DNA of 64,000 bases from Octopus bimaculoides (lineage: Eukaryota). The translations under genes and the position numbers were made by a program. Position 1 is the first letter of the stretch, and each line of letters opens with the position of its first letter. Below, in pieces: positions 26,580 to 64,000 of this stretch. The notes beneath the pieces were generated by a model. That model worked only from the letters and a program-made list of their open reading frames with translations, was not told the DNA's origin and did no database searches. The stretch spans positions 83,741,044 to 83,805,043 of the forward strand of contig NC_068988.1 of assembly GCF_001194135.2 (NCBI RefSeq), in the 5' to 3' direction.

Positions 26580-27175
26580 AGTCTCCGGTGTAAAGATTTC
26601 GACCGCTTTGGTCATCCATAGTAAAAACTTTCGCCTGTCTGTTCTCCCCCTTCCTACATCTTTCCTATTATTTTCAAAATGGCTACCTTATCTCTCGTTT
26701 CTCAAATCTCGTAATGTTTCGTTAAACGTCACGTTTACAGTGAAACAATAATCTGGCGAGATTTCGGATTTCCATTTTTTTCTAAATTATTAATGTGTTA
26801 AAACAGATTAATAATATTTACATTGGTCCCGTGCAGTAGGCTTTTTTTAAAGAAATTGTTTTTTGTCCTCATCAGTACAACTGGTGTGTGTGTGTATATA
26901 TATATATAGTTATATATACAAATATAGTTTTATACATATATTTATATACATACACATACATTTATATATAGAAATATATATGTATATATACACACAAATA
27001 CACATGTCATGTATATGGTAAACAGGACTACATACCCGTGTCTAACGGTTTCGTGTAGTATATCTTGTGGTCGAGTGTTCTTATCAAGGGACTGAGAAGT
27101 AAAAGCAACAAGGAAGTACATATTTACATCTATATATCATATTTTGGTTGCTAAGACTCCGATGTGACGGGAGAG
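26580..27175 (+). promoter_or_regulatory. Putative CC2D1 promoter / 5' UTR region
   Basis: CpG-retaining patches upstream of ATG 27176. YY1-like CAAAATGGCT 26675-26684, AAACGTCACGTTT 26724-26736, GGACTACATACCCGTG 27025-27040 resembling the ACTACAnnTCCCA (ZNF143/SBS) motif. Confidence 0.45.
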
Positions 27176-63402
<36,227 letters not shown>

Positions 63403-63648
63403 GTTTGTTGACAATTTTTATAGGATCTCATCACTGTCTTTTTGTCTTTGAGACTTGTGTTTCTTTACAATAGAAATTGCATAGAGATGTTGGAAAAATA
63501 AAATTGTGGATTACTTATTTAATAATGCTTTCTCAATATATTGGTCTCTCAATCCTGATAAAAAGTTAGGATTTGGATGAAATGCAATTCTAAAAACGTA
63601 ACCATTGTATTAATTTGGTCAAAATTTGCTGATATGATATAGTGATCA

Positions 63649-64000
63649 GGGACCAGCTATCCGAGGGGACCAGCTATCCGAGTTGATAGTACCAGGGTAG
63701 ATAAAGCAATTAAGAGTATGAAGACCGGGAAAGCCCCCGGCCCATCAGGAATCACTGCAGAGATGCTCAAAATATCTGGCAGTGTTGGCTATAGCCTAGT
63801 CACCCGTATTACGAACCAGGTGATACACGAAGGAGTCATACCCTATGACTGGTGTAGCAGCATCATAGTCAACTGCTACAAAGGTAAAGGGGACGCTTTA
63901 GATACAAATAATTACAGAGGCATCAAGCTGTTAGATCAGGTTATGAAAGTTACAGAGAGGGTCATAGCCCAACTAATTAGGGAGCGAATCAATTTAGATG
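63649..64000 (+). mobile_element. Young-looking 5'-truncated RTE LINE running off the window end
   Basis: Open frame GPAIRVD...KAPGPSGITAEMLK...NYRGIKLLDQVMKV to the edge; CpGs retained; 17-bp tandem duplication at the 5' junction. Confidence 0.92.

Noticed and set aside
26679-26714. Short ORF MATLSLVSQIS
   Set aside because: Too short to assess; the ATG is part of a YY1-like motif.
26830-26885. Minus-strand CTGATGAG near the promoter
   Set aside because: No GAAA core or closing stems.

Overview
Repeat-rich metazoan genomic DNA with three N gaps. The SINE/RTE-LINE content and (CA)n/(TA)n/(GAT)n microsatellites look octopus-like (inference). It holds two divergently oriented spliced genes. 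(1) NFYC (NF-Y subunit gamma, minus strand): three coding exons covering the N-terminus and most of the histone fold, plus a probable 5' non-coding exon near 16.93-17.0 kb; the 3' exons lie left of the window. (2) A CC2D1A/B / lethal(2) giant discs orthologue (plus strand): 21 coding exons traced by hand (2507 nt, four DM14 repeats and most of the C2 domain), continuing past the right edge. Introns and intergenic DNA are filled with RTE, CR1-clade, R4/Dong-like and Penelope-like retroelement pieces, Tc1 and mariner relics, piggyBac-type MITEs and several SINE families. Most unusual non-coding observations: hammerhead-ribozyme-like motifs in CC2D1 introns (one intact minimal hammerhead, two imperfect palindromes with a hammerhead-like core on each strand), a TIR element with a central (CCCTAA)3/(TTAGGG)3 palindrome, a near-perfect 107-bp hairpin upstream of NFYC, and CCAAT boxes around the NFYC promoter itself. 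Exon coordinates were counted exactly; repeat boundaries are approximate. No database searches or folding programs could be run.
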